Of a stretch of DNA of 64,000 bases, positions 19,727 through 32,619 are shown one piece after another. The notes under the pieces were generated by a model. That model was given only the letters and a program-made list of their open reading frames with translations. It ran no database searches and was not told the origin of the DNA. Numbering within the stretch: the stretch's first letter is position 1; each line of letters starts with the position of its first letter. This DNA comes from Anaeromyxobacteraceae bacterium. Lineage in GTDB: Bacteria; Myxococcota; Myxococcia; Myxococcales; Anaeromyxobacteraceae. Both the position numbers and the translations under genes were made by a program. The stretch is taken from contig JASGHJ010000002.1 in the NCBI GenBank assembly GCA_047602405.1, forward strand, positions 3,104,001 to 3,168,000. The letters run 5' to 3'.

Positions 19727-20845
19727 TCACGGGGCCGCCGCCCCCGGCTGCGGGTCGCTCCCGGAGGCCGTGCCACCCTGCCCCGCCGGACCGTCCATCC
19801 CGAGCGAACGCACGTCCTCGGCGGGAGGGAGCCACCCATCGAGCCACCCGTCGAGGCGCGCGAGCCCGGCCCGCACCGGCGTGCGCGGCGCCCAGCCCGT
19901 CGCGGCACCGAGCGCCGCGGGATCCGACACGTACCAGCGCTGGTCCGCCACCCGCCAGTCGTCGAAGTCCACCCCCACGTCCTCGCCGCGGAGGAGCCCG
20001 ATGAGCTCGACGAGCTCCACGAGGCTCACGGCGTTGGCGGGGCCGCCGCCGACGTTGAACGCCCGCCCGGCGACCTCGCGCGGCCGGGCCCGCGCCGCGA
20101 GCATCGCGTCCACGAGGTCGTCGACGAAGAGGAGGTCCCGCACCTGCTTGCCGTCGCCGTAGAACGTGAGCCGCCGGCCCCGCCGCGCCTCCATGAGGAA
20201 GTGCGCCACCCAGCCCTGGTCCTCGGTGCCCCACTGCCGGGGGCCGTAGATGCAGCTCATCCGGAAGACGGTCGCGGGCACGCCGAACGTGTGCGCCCAG
20301 TCGAGCACGTACTGCTCGGCCGCGCCTTTCGAGCAGCCGTAGGGCGAGTGGAACGCGATCGGCCGCGCCTCCGAGATCCCGCGGCGGAGCGTCGGCTCGG
20401 CGGGCGCGTAGCGGCGGCCGAGGTCCACGAGCGCGACGTCGCCGAGCGCGCCGTAGACCTTGTTCGTGGAGGTGTAGAGGAAGAAGGGCGCCGGCCGCCG
20501 GCGGCGCGCCGCCTCGAGCAGGTTGAGCGTGCCGCGCGCGTTCACCTCGAAGTCGTGGATCGGATCCTCGAGCGAGGTGGTCACCGCGACCTGGGCGGCG
20601 AGCTGGAAGACCGCGGTCGCGCCGTCGACCGCCTCGTCGACCGCCACCGGGTCGCGGACGTCGGCGACGAGCGGCTCCACGAGGTCGCCGTGCTCGGCCC
20701 GGAGCCACGCGAGGTTGCGCTCCACGCCCGGGCGGGAGAGGTCGTCGAGCACCCGCACGCGGGCGCCGCCCGCGGCGAGCCGGTGCGCGAGGTTGGAGCC
20801 GACGAAGCCGGCGCCGCCGGCCACGAGGACGAGATCGTCGTTCAC
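19727..20845 (-). CDS. NAD-dependent epimerase/dehydratase (CDP-tyvelose epimerase-like)
   Basis: GGAGFVG, AAQVAVTTS, STNKVYG, YGCSK, RMSCIYG, EDQGWVAHF. Confidence 0.88.
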   Translation of the reverse strand: MNDDLVLVAGGAGFVGSNLAHRLAAGGARVRVLDDLSRPGVERNLAWLRAEHGDLVEPLVADVRDPVAVDEAVDGATAVFQLAAQVAVTTSLEDPIHDFEVNARGTLNLLEAARRRRPAPFFLYTSTNKVYGALGDVALVDLGRRYAPAEPTLRRGISEARPIAFHSPYGCSKGAAEQYVLDWAHTFGVPATVFRMSCIYGPRQWGTEDQGWVAHFLMEARRGRRLTFYGDGKQVRDLLFVDDLVDAMLAARARPREVAGRAFNVGGGPANAVSLVELVELIGLLRGEDVGVDFDDWRVADQRWYVSDPAALGAATGWAPRTPVRAGLARLDGWLDGWLPPAEDVRSLGMDGPAGQGGTASGSDPQPGAAAP

Positions 20846-21960
20846 AGCGTGAGCCCCCGCGCCGCGAGCTCCGCGGACGCCTCGCCCACCCGGTCGTGCG
20901 CGATCTGCCCCTCCAGCCAGCCCGCGAGCTCGACGAGCCCGTCCTCGAACTCGACCCGCGGCTCGAAGCCGAGCAGCTCCCGGGCCCGGGTGACGTCGGC
21001 GAAGCAGTGCCGGATGTCCCCCACCCGGAAGCGCTGCGTGATCTCGGGGAGGAGGTCCTCCCGCCCGACCGCCGCGGCGAGCATGCGCGCCACCTCGAGC
21101 ACGGTGCGGCTGCGCCCGCTGCCGACGTTGATCACCTGGCCCGCGGCGCGCTCCGCGACGAGCGCGAGCCGGCAGGCCGCGGCGACGTCGCCCACCGCCA
21201 CGAAGTCGCGGCGCTGCAGGCCGTCCTCATGCACGAGGGGGCTGCGCCCGTTGAGGAGGCGGGCGGCGAAGATGGCGAGCACGCCGGTGTACGGGTTCGA
21301 GAGCGCCTGGCGGGTGCCGAACACGTTGAAGAAGCGGAGCGCGACGGTGGGGATGCCGTAGGCCTCGCCGACGAGGAGCGACATCCGCTCCTGGTCGAAC
21401 TTCGAGAGCGCGTAGATCGACGCGAGCGCCGGGGCCTTCGTCTCGGGCGTCGCCACCGGCGCGAGCGGCTGGCCGTCCTCGCCGAGCGGCTCCCAGCGTC
21501 GCGCGAGCAGCTGGCGGCGCGTGCGCCCGCCGTGGACGGGCCGGCCGGCGCCGTCCCGGTAGAGCCCCTCCCCGTAGAGGCTCATGGAGGAGGCCACCAC
21601 CAGGCGCTCGACCGGCCGCTCGACGAGCGCCTGCAGGAGGACCGCGGTGCCGTGCGCGTTCACCGACACGTAGCGATCGACCTCGTACATCGACTGGCCG
21701 ACGCCCACCGCGGCGGCCAGGTGGACGACGGCGTCGATGCCGCGCAGCGCGCGGCGCACCGCCTCGGGGTCGCGCACGTCGCCCACGACGAGCTCCACCG
21801 CGGGGTCGAGGTAGGCCGGGCGCGCGCGCGCCTCGCCGTGCACCTGAGGTGAGAGGTCGTCGAGCGCGCGGACGGCGTGGCCGCTCGCGAGCAGGTGGTC
21901 GGCGAGGTGGGAGCCGATGAAGCCCGCGCCACCCGTGATCAGGACGCTGCGTGCGGTCAT
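20842..21960 (-). CDS. NAD-dependent epimerase/dehydratase
   Basis: TGGAGFIG, VGVGQSMY, YALSK, NPYTGV. Confidence 0.88.
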   Translation of the reverse strand: MTARSVLITGGAGFIGSHLADHLLASGHAVRALDDLSPQVHGEARARPAYLDPAVELVVGDVRDPEAVRRALRGIDAVVHLAAAVGVGQSMYEVDRYVSVNAHGTAVLLQALVERPVERLVVASSMSLYGEGLYRDGAGRPVHGGRTRRQLLARRWEPLGEDGQPLAPVATPETKAPALASIYALSKFDQERMSLLVGEAYGIPTVALRFFNVFGTRQALSNPYTGVLAIFAARLLNGRSPLVHEDGLQRRDFVAVGDVAAACRLALVAERAAGQVINVGSGRSRTVLEVARMLAAAVGREDLLPEITQRFRVGDIRHCFADVTRARELLGFEPRVEFEDGLVELAGWLEGQIAHDRVGEASAELAARGLTL

Positions 21961-22107
21961 GCACCGGGAAACTTGGGCGTCCGAGCGAGCGGGGCAACGC
22001 CACCCCGCATGGGAGCAACCGGGCCACCTGGGGGGGAGTGCTCCGAGCGAGGAGACGAGCACACATTCGGTGAACGGGGTGCGCCCGGCCGGGCCACCCC
22101 TTTCGCC

Positions 22108-23205
22108 ATGCCCGATCGCCTGCGCATCTCCTTCTTCGTCTCGTCCCTGGTCTCCGCCTACTGGAACGGGGCGGCGACCTACTACCGGGGCCTCGGCCGG
22201 GCGCTGGCCGCCCGCGGCCACGCGCTCACGTTCTACGAGCCCGACGCCTGGGACCGGCAGCGGCACCGCGACATCCCCGCGCCGGACTGGGCGCGCTCGG
22301 TCGTGTGGGATCCGGGCGCTCCCGGGGCCCTCGAGCGGTGCCTCGAGGAGGCCGCCCACGACAATCTCGTCGTGAAGGCGAGCGGCCTCGGCGTGGACGA
22401 CGCGCGGCTCGAGGCGCTCCTCCCCGAGGCGCGCCGCCCGGGCGGGCGGATCGCGTTCTGGGACGTCGACGCGCCCGCGACGCTCGACCGGGCCGAGCGC
22501 GACCCCACCAATCCCTGGCGGGCGCTCCTGCCCCGCTACGACCTCGTGTTCACCTACGGCGGCGGCCCGCCGGTGGTGCACCGCTACCTGGCCCTCGGCG
22601 CCCGGGGCTGCGTGCCGGTCTACAACGCGCTCGACCCCGAGACGCACCACCCGGTGCCGCCCGACCCGCGCTTCGCCTGCGACCTCGCGTTCCTCGGGAA
22701 CCGGCTGCCCGATCGGGAGGCGCGCGTCGACGACTTCCTCCTCGGCGCGGCCTCGCGGCTGCCCGGCCGCGCCTTCCTGCTCGCCGGCTCGGGCTGGGGC
22801 GACAAGCCGCGGCCCGCCAACGTGCGCGTCCTCGGCCACGTCGGCACCGCCGATCACAACGCGTTCAACCGGACGCCGCTCGCGGTCCTCAACGTGTCGC
22901 GCGACGGGATGGCCTCGAACGGCCACTCCCCGGCGACGCGCGTCTTCGAGGCGGCCGGGGCCGGGGCCTGCCTCGTCACCGACGCCTGGGTGGGGCTCGA
23001 GGCGTTCCTCGCGCCGGGCGAGGAGGTCCTCGTCGCCCGCGACGGGGCCGAGGTGGCCGAGCTCGTCGCGGGGCTCGAGCCCGCGCGTGCGCGGCGCATC
23101 GGCGAGGCCGCCCGGCGGCGGGTGCTCGCCGGGCACACCTACGCGCTCCGGGCGGAGGTGGTCGAACGCGCGCTCGGGGTGAAGGGCGGTCGGTCCGCCG
23201 CATGA
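22108..23205 (+). CDS. CgeB-family glycosyltransferase
   Basis: SSLVSAYWNGAATYYRG, FWDVDAP, GNRLPDRE, SPATRVFEAAG. Confidence 0.85.
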   Translation: MPDRLRISFFVSSLVSAYWNGAATYYRGLGRALAARGHALTFYEPDAWDRQRHRDIPAPDWARSVVWDPGAPGALERCLEEAAHDNLVVKASGLGVDDARLEALLPEARRPGGRIAFWDVDAPATLDRAERDPTNPWRALLPRYDLVFTYGGGPPVVHRYLALGARGCVPVYNALDPETHHPVPPDPRFACDLAFLGNRLPDREARVDDFLLGAASRLPGRAFLLAGSGWGDKPRPANVRVLGHVGTADHNAFNRTPLAVLNVSRDGMASNGHSPATRVFEAAGAGACLVTDAWVGLEAFLAPGEEVLVARDGAEVAELVAGLEPARARRIGEAARRRVLAGHTYALRAEVVERALGVKGGRSAA

Positions 23206-24326
23206 GCGCCGCCCTCGACGCCCTCTTCATCGGCCTCTCGATCACCTCCTCGTGGGGCAACGGCCACGCCACCACCTACCGCGCGCTCCTCAGGGCGCTC
23301 GCCGCGCGCGGCCACCGGGTGCGCTTCCTCGAGCGCGACGTGCCCTGGTACGCGGCGAACCGGGATCTGCCCGCGCCGCCGTACGCCTCGACCGCGCTCT
23401 ACCGGTCGGTGGACGAGCTCCGCGACCGGTTCGGCCCGGCGATCCGCCAGGCGGACCTCGTCGTCGTGGGCTCCTACGTGCAGGAGGGCGTCGCCGTGGG
23501 CCGGCTCGTGCAGGAGCTCGCCCGCGGCGTGACCGCATTCTACGACATCGACACGCCGGTGACGCTCGCGGCGCTCGAGCGCGGCGACTGCGCCTACCTC
23601 TCGGCCGCGCTCGTCCCCGGCTACGACCTGTACCTCTCCTTCACCGGCGGCCCCGCCCTCGCCCGGCTCGAGGGCCGGCTCGGCGCGCCGCGCGCGCGGG
23701 CGCTCTACTGCTCCGCCGACCCCGAGCTGCACCGGCCGTCCGCCGCGCCGCCGCGCTACGACCTCGGCTACCTCGGCACCTACGGCGCCGACCGCCAGCC
23801 CGCGCTCGACGCGCTCCTCTGCGAGCCGGCGCGCCGCCGGCCGGGGCTCGCCTGCGTCGTCGCGGGCGCCCAGTACCCGCCCTCGATCGCCTGGCCCGCG
23901 AACGTCGCGCGGGTGGAGCACCTCCCGCCCGCCGAGCACGCCGCGTTCTACGCGTCGCAGCGGTTCACGCTGAACGTCACGCGCGCCGACATGGTCCGCG
24001 CCGGGTGGTCGCCGAGCGTGCGGCTCTTCGAGGCCGCGGCCTGCGGCGTCCCGGTCATCTCGGATCCCTGGCCCGGGCTCTCCTCGGTGTTCGCGCCCGG
24101 GCGCGAGCTCCTGGTGGCGCACGGGGCGGCGGACGTCATCGAGGTGCTCGACACGATGCCGGAGGAGGCGCGGCGGGCCCTCGGGGAGCGCGCCCGGCGG
24201 CGCGTGCTCGCCGAGCACACCGCCGCGCACCGCGCCGAGGCGCTCGAGGGCTACGTGGCGGAGGCGCGCGCGCCGGGCCGGCGGGGCCGCCGCGCGGCGC
24301 GGGGCGCGACGAGGACGGCCACATGA
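23202..24326 (+). CDS. CgeB-family glycosyltransferase
   Basis: SITSSWGNGHATTYR, FYDIDTP, SPSVRLFEAAACG; ATGA overlap. Confidence 0.85.
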   Translation: MSAALDALFIGLSITSSWGNGHATTYRALLRALAARGHRVRFLERDVPWYAANRDLPAPPYASTALYRSVDELRDRFGPAIRQADLVVVGSYVQEGVAVGRLVQELARGVTAFYDIDTPVTLAALERGDCAYLSAALVPGYDLYLSFTGGPALARLEGRLGAPRARALYCSADPELHRPSAAPPRYDLGYLGTYGADRQPALDALLCEPARRRPGLACVVAGAQYPPSIAWPANVARVEHLPPAEHAAFYASQRFTLNVTRADMVRAGWSPSVRLFEAAACGVPVISDPWPGLSSVFAPGRELLVAHGAADVIEVLDTMPEEARRALGERARRRVLAEHTAAHRAEALEGYVAEARAPGRRGRRAARGATRTAT

Positions 24327-25625
24327 AGGTGGCGGTGATCGGGGCCGGCTACGTGGGGCTCGTCACGGGGACGTGCCTCGCGGAGTCCGGGAACGACGTC
24401 TGGATCGTGGACGTGGACGAGGCGCGGATCGCCGGGCTGCAGGCTGCGCGGGTCCCCATCCACGAGCCCGGCCTCGAGGAGCTCGTCGCGCGCAACCTGA
24501 AGGAGGGCCGGCTCCGCTTCACGGCCGACGCCGCCCAGGCCGTGGCCCGGTCGAAGGTCGTGTTCCTCGCGGTCGGCACGCCGGAGGGGGACCAGGGCGA
24601 GGCCGACCTCGACCAGGTCGTCGCCGCGGCGGAGGACGTCGCCCGGCACGCGAGGCACGCGACGGTGCTCGCCGTGAAGAGCACCGTACCGGTCGGCACC
24701 TGCGACCGCCTGCAGGCGCTCGTCGAGCGGCGGGCCCGGGCCGAGGTCGAGGTGGCCTCGAACCCGGAGTTCCTGAAGGAGGGCGCGGCGCTCGAGGACT
24801 TCCAGAAGCCGGACCGGGTCGTGGTGGGGGCGCGCTCCAATCGCGCCCGCCGGCTGCTCCGGGAGCTCTACGCGCCGTTCGTGCGCACCGAGCGGCCAAT
24901 CCTCTTCATCGATCCGCGCTCCTCCGAGATGGTGAAGTACGCCTCGAACGCGATGCTGGCGACGCGGATCTCGTTCATGAACGACATCGCGCTCCTCTGC
25001 GAGCGGCTCTCGGCCGACGTCGAGCAGGTCCGGCGCGGGATGGGCGCGGACCGCCGCATCGGCTACCCGTTCCTCTTCCCCGGCATCGGCTACGGCGGCT
25101 CCTGCTTCCCGAAGGACGTGAAGGCGCTCGTCGCGACCGCCCGCCGCGCCGGCCTGGACCTCGACCTCCTGCGCGCGGTGGAGAAGACGAACGAGCGGCA
25201 GAAGCGGCTCCTCGTCACGCGCGCGGTGCGCCACTTCGGCGACCTGGCCGGGCGGACCTTCGCGGTGTGGGGGCTCGCCTTCAAGCCGCGCACCGACGAC
25301 CTCCGGGAGGCGCCCGCGCTCGAGGTGGTGGAGGGCCTGCTCGCGAAGGGCGGGCGGGTCCAGGCGTTCGACCCGGTGGCGGGCCTGCGCGCGCGGGCGC
25401 GGTTCGGCGACCGGATCCGGCTCGCGCCGGGGCCCTACGAGGCGCTCGAGGGCGCCGACGCGCTCTTCGTGGTCACCGAGTGGAGCGAGTTCCGCACGCC
25501 CGATCTCGAGCGCATGCGCGCGCTCATGAAGGAGCCGGTGATCTTCGACGGGCGGAACGTGTTCGAATCCGGCCGAGGTGCGCGAGGCCGGCTTCCGGTG
25601 GTTCGGCGTCGGGCGGCCCTCCTGA
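24323..25625 (+). CDS. ugd: UDP-glucose 6-dehydrogenase (frameshift at 25565 near the C-terminus)
   Basis: GAGYVG, KSTVPVG, NPEFLKEG, GYGGSCFPKD, FKPRTDD; the corrected frame ends ...GVGRPS-TGA. Confidence 0.9.
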
Positions 25626-25668
25626 GCCGCCCTGCCGCCCCGCCGCCGCGTGGCCAACCTGGGAGCGT

Positions 25669-27831
25669 ATGGAAGAGCCCGCGGTCTGGCCGGGGCGACC
25701 TTTCCCCCTCGGGGCCACGCTCGACGCCGGCGGCGTCAACTTCGCGGTCTTCTCGCGCGACGCCGAGCGGATCGAGCTGTGCCTCTACGACCCCGCCGAC
25801 CACCGCCGCGAGACCCGGCGCGTCCGCCTGCGCGAGCGCACCGGGCACGTCTTCCACGGCTACCTGCCGGGCGTGAAGCTCGGGACGCCCTACGGCTACC
25901 GGGCGCACGGCCCCTACGCGCCGGCGGAGGGGCTCCGGTTCAACCCGGCGAAGCTGCTCGTCGACCCGTACGCGCGCGCGATCTCCGGCGAGGTCGACCT
26001 GGACGGGCCGGTCTTCGGGTACCCGCTCGGCGGCGCCGACGAGGACCTCGTGCCGTGCGAGCGCGACAGCGCCCCGTGGATGCCGCGCTCGATCGTCTGC
26101 GACGGCGAGGCGTTCGACTGGGGCGACGACCGGCCGCCGCGGACCCCGTGGCACCGCTCGATCGTCTACGAGGTCCACGTGAAGGGGTTCACGCAGCGCC
26201 ACCCCGGCGTGCCCCCGGAGCTCCGCGGCACCTACAGCGGCTTCGCCTCCCCGCCCGCCATCGACCACCTCGTGAAGCTCGGGGTCACCGCCGTCGAGCT
26301 CCTGCCGGTGCACGAGTACGCCGAGGAGCCGTTCCTGCGCGGGCGCGGGCTCACCAACTACTGGGGCTACTCGACCCTCGGCTACTTCGCCCCGGAGCAG
26401 CGCTACGCGCGCGAGAGCGGAGGGCAGCAGGTCGAGGAGTTCAAGGAGCTCGTGAAGGCGCTCCACCGCGCCGGGCTCGAGGTGCTCCTCGACGTCGTCT
26501 ACAACCACACCGCCGAGGGCAACCACCTCGGGCCGACGCTCTCCCTGAAGGGCCTCGACAACCGGACCTACTACCGGCTCTCCCCGGAGAACCCGCGGTT
26601 CTCGTGGGACGTGACCGGCACCGGCAACACCCTCGACACGACCGACCCCCAGACGCTGAAGCTCGTCATGGACTCGCTCCGCTACTGGGTCGAGGAGATG
26701 CACGTCGACGGGTTCCGCTTCGACCTCGCCGCCGCGCTCGCCCGGGACCCGGAGGCCTTCGATCCCGCGTCGCGGTTCCTCGCCGCCGTGCACCAGGACC
26801 CGGTGCTCGAGCGGGTGAAGCTCATCGCGGAGCCCTGGGACGTCGGGCCGGGCGGGTACCAGGTCGGCGGCTTCCCGGTGCGCTGGTCGGAGTGGAACGG
26901 CCGCTACCGCGACGTCGTGCGGCGGCTGTGGAAGGGCGACTGGGACGTGGCGCGGGAGCTCGGCTACCGGCTCACCGGCTCCGCCGACCTCTACGAGGCG
27001 GCGGGCCGGAAGATCTACGCGTCGGTGAACTTCGTGACCGCGCACGACGGCTTCACCCTGCGCGATCTCGTCACCTACGAGCACAAGCACAACGAGGCGA
27101 ACGGCGAGGGCAACCGCGACGGGACCGACGAGAACCACGCCTGGAACTGCGGGGTGGAGGGCGAGACCGACGACCCCGCGGTGAACGCGCTCCGGGACCG
27201 GCAGATGCGGAACCTCCTCGGCACGCTCCTCGTGTCGCAGGGCGTCCCGATGATCTCGGCCGGCGACGAGCTCATGAAGACGCAGGGCGGGAACAACAAC
27301 GCCTACTGCCACGACGACGCGCTCTCGTGGCTCGACTGGGACCTCGACGACCGGCGCCGCGCGTTCCTGGGCTTCGTGCGGCGGATGATCCGCCTCAGGC
27401 TCTCGCAGCCGGTGCTGCAGCGCCGCCGCTTCTTCCGCGGCGCCCAGCTGTGGGACTCGTCGCTGAAGGACCTCGCCTGGTTCCGGCCCGACGGCGACGA
27501 GATGCGCCCGGACGACTGGACGAAGCCCTACGCGCGCTCGCTCGCGTTCCTCCTCGGCGGGGACGCCATCGCGACCCCCGACGAGCGCGGCGTGCGGATC
27601 GTGGGCGACACGCTGCTCGTGCTCATCAACGCCGCGCCGGAGCCGGTGACCTACCGGCTGCCCGACGTGACCTGGGGCGAGGAGTGGGAGATCCTGGTCG
27701 ACACCGCGGGGGCTTCCGACGCGAAGCGCGACCACGTGGCGGCGCGGGGGACGGTCCCGGTCGAGGCCCGCTCGCTGGTGGTGCTGTCCCGGCCGGCCTC
27801 GCAGCCGGGCGGGCGCGTGGCGCGGTCGTAG
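25669..27831 (+). CDS. glgX: Glycogen debranching enzyme
   Basis: PFPLGAT, NYWGY, DVVYNHT, DGFRFDLA, IAEPWD, AHDGFTL, GNNNAYC. Confidence 0.95.
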   Translation: MEEPAVWPGRPFPLGATLDAGGVNFAVFSRDAERIELCLYDPADHRRETRRVRLRERTGHVFHGYLPGVKLGTPYGYRAHGPYAPAEGLRFNPAKLLVDPYARAISGEVDLDGPVFGYPLGGADEDLVPCERDSAPWMPRSIVCDGEAFDWGDDRPPRTPWHRSIVYEVHVKGFTQRHPGVPPELRGTYSGFASPPAIDHLVKLGVTAVELLPVHEYAEEPFLRGRGLTNYWGYSTLGYFAPEQRYARESGGQQVEEFKELVKALHRAGLEVLLDVVYNHTAEGNHLGPTLSLKGLDNRTYYRLSPENPRFSWDVTGTGNTLDTTDPQTLKLVMDSLRYWVEEMHVDGFRFDLAAALARDPEAFDPASRFLAAVHQDPVLERVKLIAEPWDVGPGGYQVGGFPVRWSEWNGRYRDVVRRLWKGDWDVARELGYRLTGSADLYEAAGRKIYASVNFVTAHDGFTLRDLVTYEHKHNEANGEGNRDGTDENHAWNCGVEGETDDPAVNALRDRQMRNLLGTLLVSQGVPMISAGDELMKTQGGNNNAYCHDDALSWLDWDLDDRRRAFLGFVRRMIRLRLSQPVLQRRRFFRGAQLWDSSLKDLAWFRPDGDEMRPDDWTKPYARSLAFLLGGDAIATPDERGVRIVGDTLLVLINAAPEPVTYRLPDVTWGEEWEILVDTAGASDAKRDHVAARGTVPVEARSLVVLSRPASQPGGRVARS

Positions 27832-27867
27832 CCGCTGGGCAGGGGGCCGCGCTATCATCCGCGCCCC

Positions 27868-29322
<1,455 letters not shown>

Positions 29323-29337
29323 CGGGAAGCCGCGGCC

Positions 29338-32300
29338 GTGGCCGAGACGCACCTCCTCCCCGGCGTCCCCGCGGCGGACCTCGCGCCCGCCTCGGCGGAG
29401 CGCGTCCATCGCCTCGAGCGGCGGCTCGGCCCGTCCTCGGCGGAGCTCCTCGAGGCGTGCCGGCTGACCGCCGACCCCGACCTCGCGCTCGCGGGCGTGG
29501 AGCGCTACCTCGACGCGGCGGGCGCGCTGCCGGGCCGGCGCGATCTCCTCGAGGCGCTCGCGCTGCTGTGCGGCTCCTCCGCGCTCGTCGCCACCCTGCT
29601 CGCCCGCGCCCCGCACCTGCTCTGGCGCGCCGCGCGGCCGCGCCGGCTCGCGCGGCCGCGGGCGGAGGCGGAATCTGAGGCGCGTGCTCGAGCGCGCCGT
29701 GCGCAGGCTCGCGCCCGACGACGTCGCCGGGTTCCACCGGCTGCTGCGCCGGCTGCGCGCGCGGGAGGTGGTGCGGATCGCGCTCCGGGATCTGCGGCGC
29801 GCGCGGGTGACGGAGGTGACCGGCGAGCTCTCGGCGCTCGCCTGCGCCTGCCTCGACGCCGCCATCCGGTTCCACGAGCGGCGCCTGCGCCTGCGTCACG
29901 GCGCGCCGGCCGGGTTCGAGGGGGCGCCGTACGGCAGCGGCTTCTGCGCCATCGCGATGGGGAAGCTCGGCGCGCGGGAGCTCAACTTCTCCTCCGACGT
30001 CGACCTCGTCTACGTCTACGGGCCCGACGGGCAGACCGCGGGCGTGGGCGGCGAGCGGTCGACCACGCACTTCGCCTACTACGCGAAGCTCGCCGAGCAC
30101 GTCACCGAGGCCATCAACCGGCCCACCGAGGACGGCTACGTCTTCCGCGTCGACCTCAACCTGCGGCCGGACGGGCAGAACGGCCCCATCGTCAACAGCG
30201 TCCGGGCCGCCGGCCTCTACTACGAGACCTTCGGCCGCAGCTGGGAGCGCAACGCGCTCGTGAAGGCCCGCGCCGCGGCGGGCGACGTCGCGGTGGGCGA
30301 GGAGCTCCTGCGCGGGCTCGAGCCGTTCGTGTTCCGCTCGAGCCTGGACCTCGAGGTGGTGCAGGAGATCCACGCGATGAAGGCGCGCATCGACGCGCGC
30401 GCCGGCGCGGAGGGGCGCGAGGACCTGAAGCTCGGGCGCGGCGGGATCCGGGAGATCGAGTTCTTCGTGTCCGCGCTGCAGCTGCTGCACGGGGGGCGCA
30501 AGGAGGGGCGCGCGCTGCGCGAGCGTTCGGTGATCCCGGCGCTGGACCGGCTGCTGTTCGCCGGCATCGTCCCGGTGCGGGACCGGGACCGGCTCGCCGA
30601 CGCCTGGCTCTTCCTGCGCCGCGCCGAGCACCGGGTGCAGATGGTGGAGGGCGCGCAGACGCACCGCCTGCCGCCGCCCGGGGAGCGGCTGCCGCTCGCG
30701 CGCTCGATGGGCTACGCGAGCGAGGCCGCGTTCGAGCAGGCGCTCGGGCTCCACCGCGACCGGGTGGCGGAGCTGTTCGGCGGGCTGCTCGGCGCCGCGG
30801 GCGCCGACGCGCCGAAGCTCGACCCGGAGCTCGCGCTCCTCGCGGACCCGGAGGTCGCCGCCGACCGGCGCGCCGCGATCGCGACGCGGCGCGGGCTCGC
30901 CGACCCGGAGCGCGCGCTCGCGGCGATCGACGCGATGGCGCGGCGGCGCACGCCGTTCGGGCGGCTCGGCGACGTCCACGCGGCGGTCGCCCTCCTCGAG
31001 GACGCGCTCGGCACGCCCGACCCGGACCAGGCGCTCGCGCACCTCGCCGACTTCTCCGCCGCGCTCCGGAACCCGGAGCCGTACTTCACCGTGCTCCGCG
31101 AGCGGCGGCAGGTGTCGCGCCTCCTCCTCTCGCTGTTCGGCACCTCCGACTTCCTCTCGAAGCGGTTCCTCCGGCACCCGGAGCTCATCGACGCGCTGCT
31201 GCGCGAGGGCCGGGTGGAGGTGAAGGGGGCGGAGGCGTTCCGGCGCGAGCTCGACGAGCGGCTCCTCGCGCTCCCGTCCGGGCCGGCCGACGGCATCGAC
31301 GTGCGGCTCGAGGACGAGCTCGGCGAGCTGCGCCGGTACCGCAACGAGGAGATCCTGCGGATCGGCCTCTCGGACATCGCCGGCACGCTCGAGCTCGAGC
31401 CGGTGGCGGCGCAGCTGACCGCGCTCGCCGAGGCGTGCCTCGACCGGTGCCTCGACGCCGCGGAGCGCGAGGCGCGGGCGCGCGGCGGGGCGCCGCCGGG
31501 GCGGCTGTGCGTGGTGGGCATGGGGAAGCTCGGCGGCCGGGAGCTCGGGTACCACTCCGACCTGGATCTCATCTTCCTGTACCCGCGGGAGGCCGGACCG
31601 GAGCTGCACCACGCGTACGCGCGGATCGCGCAGCGGTTCCTCGCGTTCCTGCAGATGCCGCTGCGCGAGGGGCGGCTGTACCAGATCGACACCCGGCTGC
31701 GGCCCTCCGGGAACCAGGGCGCGCTCGTGGTCGGCGTCGACGGGTTCACCCGGTACCACCTCGGCGACGGGGCCGCGGTGGGCGGGGTGCGGTCGCAGAC
31801 GTGGGAGCACCAGGCGCTGCTCCGCGCGCGCCACGTGGCCGGGGATCCGGCGCCGTTCCGGGAGGTCGAGGAGCGGGTGATCCAGCCGGTGGTGTACGCG
31901 CCCCGGCCCGACCGCGCCGCGCTCGCCGGGGAGATCCGGCGGATGCGCGAGCGGATGGAGAGCGAGATCGGGAAGGAGGCGTCGCGGGGCCGGAACCCGA
32001 AGACCGGGCACGGCGGGCTCGTGGACGTCGAGTTCGCCGCCCAGTTCCTGCAGCTCCTGCACGGCCACTCGCACCCGTCCGTCCGCACCCCCACCACCCC
32101 CGTCGCCCTCGCCCGCCTGCGCGAGGCTGGCCTGCTGGCGGAGGATCCTCACCGCGCGCTCGCCCGCGGCTACGAGTTCCTGCGCCGCGTCGAGCTCCGC
32201 CTGCGGATCGTCCACGACTTCGCGATCGATCACCTCCCGGAGGGCGGCGCCCCGCTCGCCCAGCTCGCGCGCCGGCTCGGCTGGGCCGGGCCCGAGCCCG

Positions 32301-32374
32301 GCGAGCGCTTCCTCGCGGAGTACGCCAGGGTGACCGGCGCCGTCCGCGCCGCGTTCGACGCCGTGGTGCGCTAG
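29338..32374 (+). CDS. glnE: Glutamine synthetase adenylyltransferase/deadenylylase (frameshift at 29671)
   Basis: Two nucleotidyltransferase domains: MGKLGARELNFSSDVDL and MGKLGGRELGYHSDLDL; DTRLRPSG. Confidence 0.92.
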
Positions 32375-32619
32375 CAGGGCCCTCCTCCCCTGCCCTCCTC
32401 CCCCCCGGGCCCAGAGTAAGGGGGGAGGGCGGGGCCGAACGGGCAGCCGCGGGGGCGTTCCGCCCGAGCCGTGACCCCTCCTTGGTGTGAATAGAGGACC
32501 CGCCTGGACGAGCGCGGGACCGTTCGCGCTCCGTGAATGATGGTCTCGCCCGAACGCAGGCAGACCGCTCCGGCACCGCCGGGCGGTCGCACTCGCGCGA
32601 GAATGGTGCGGGCTCGCTG

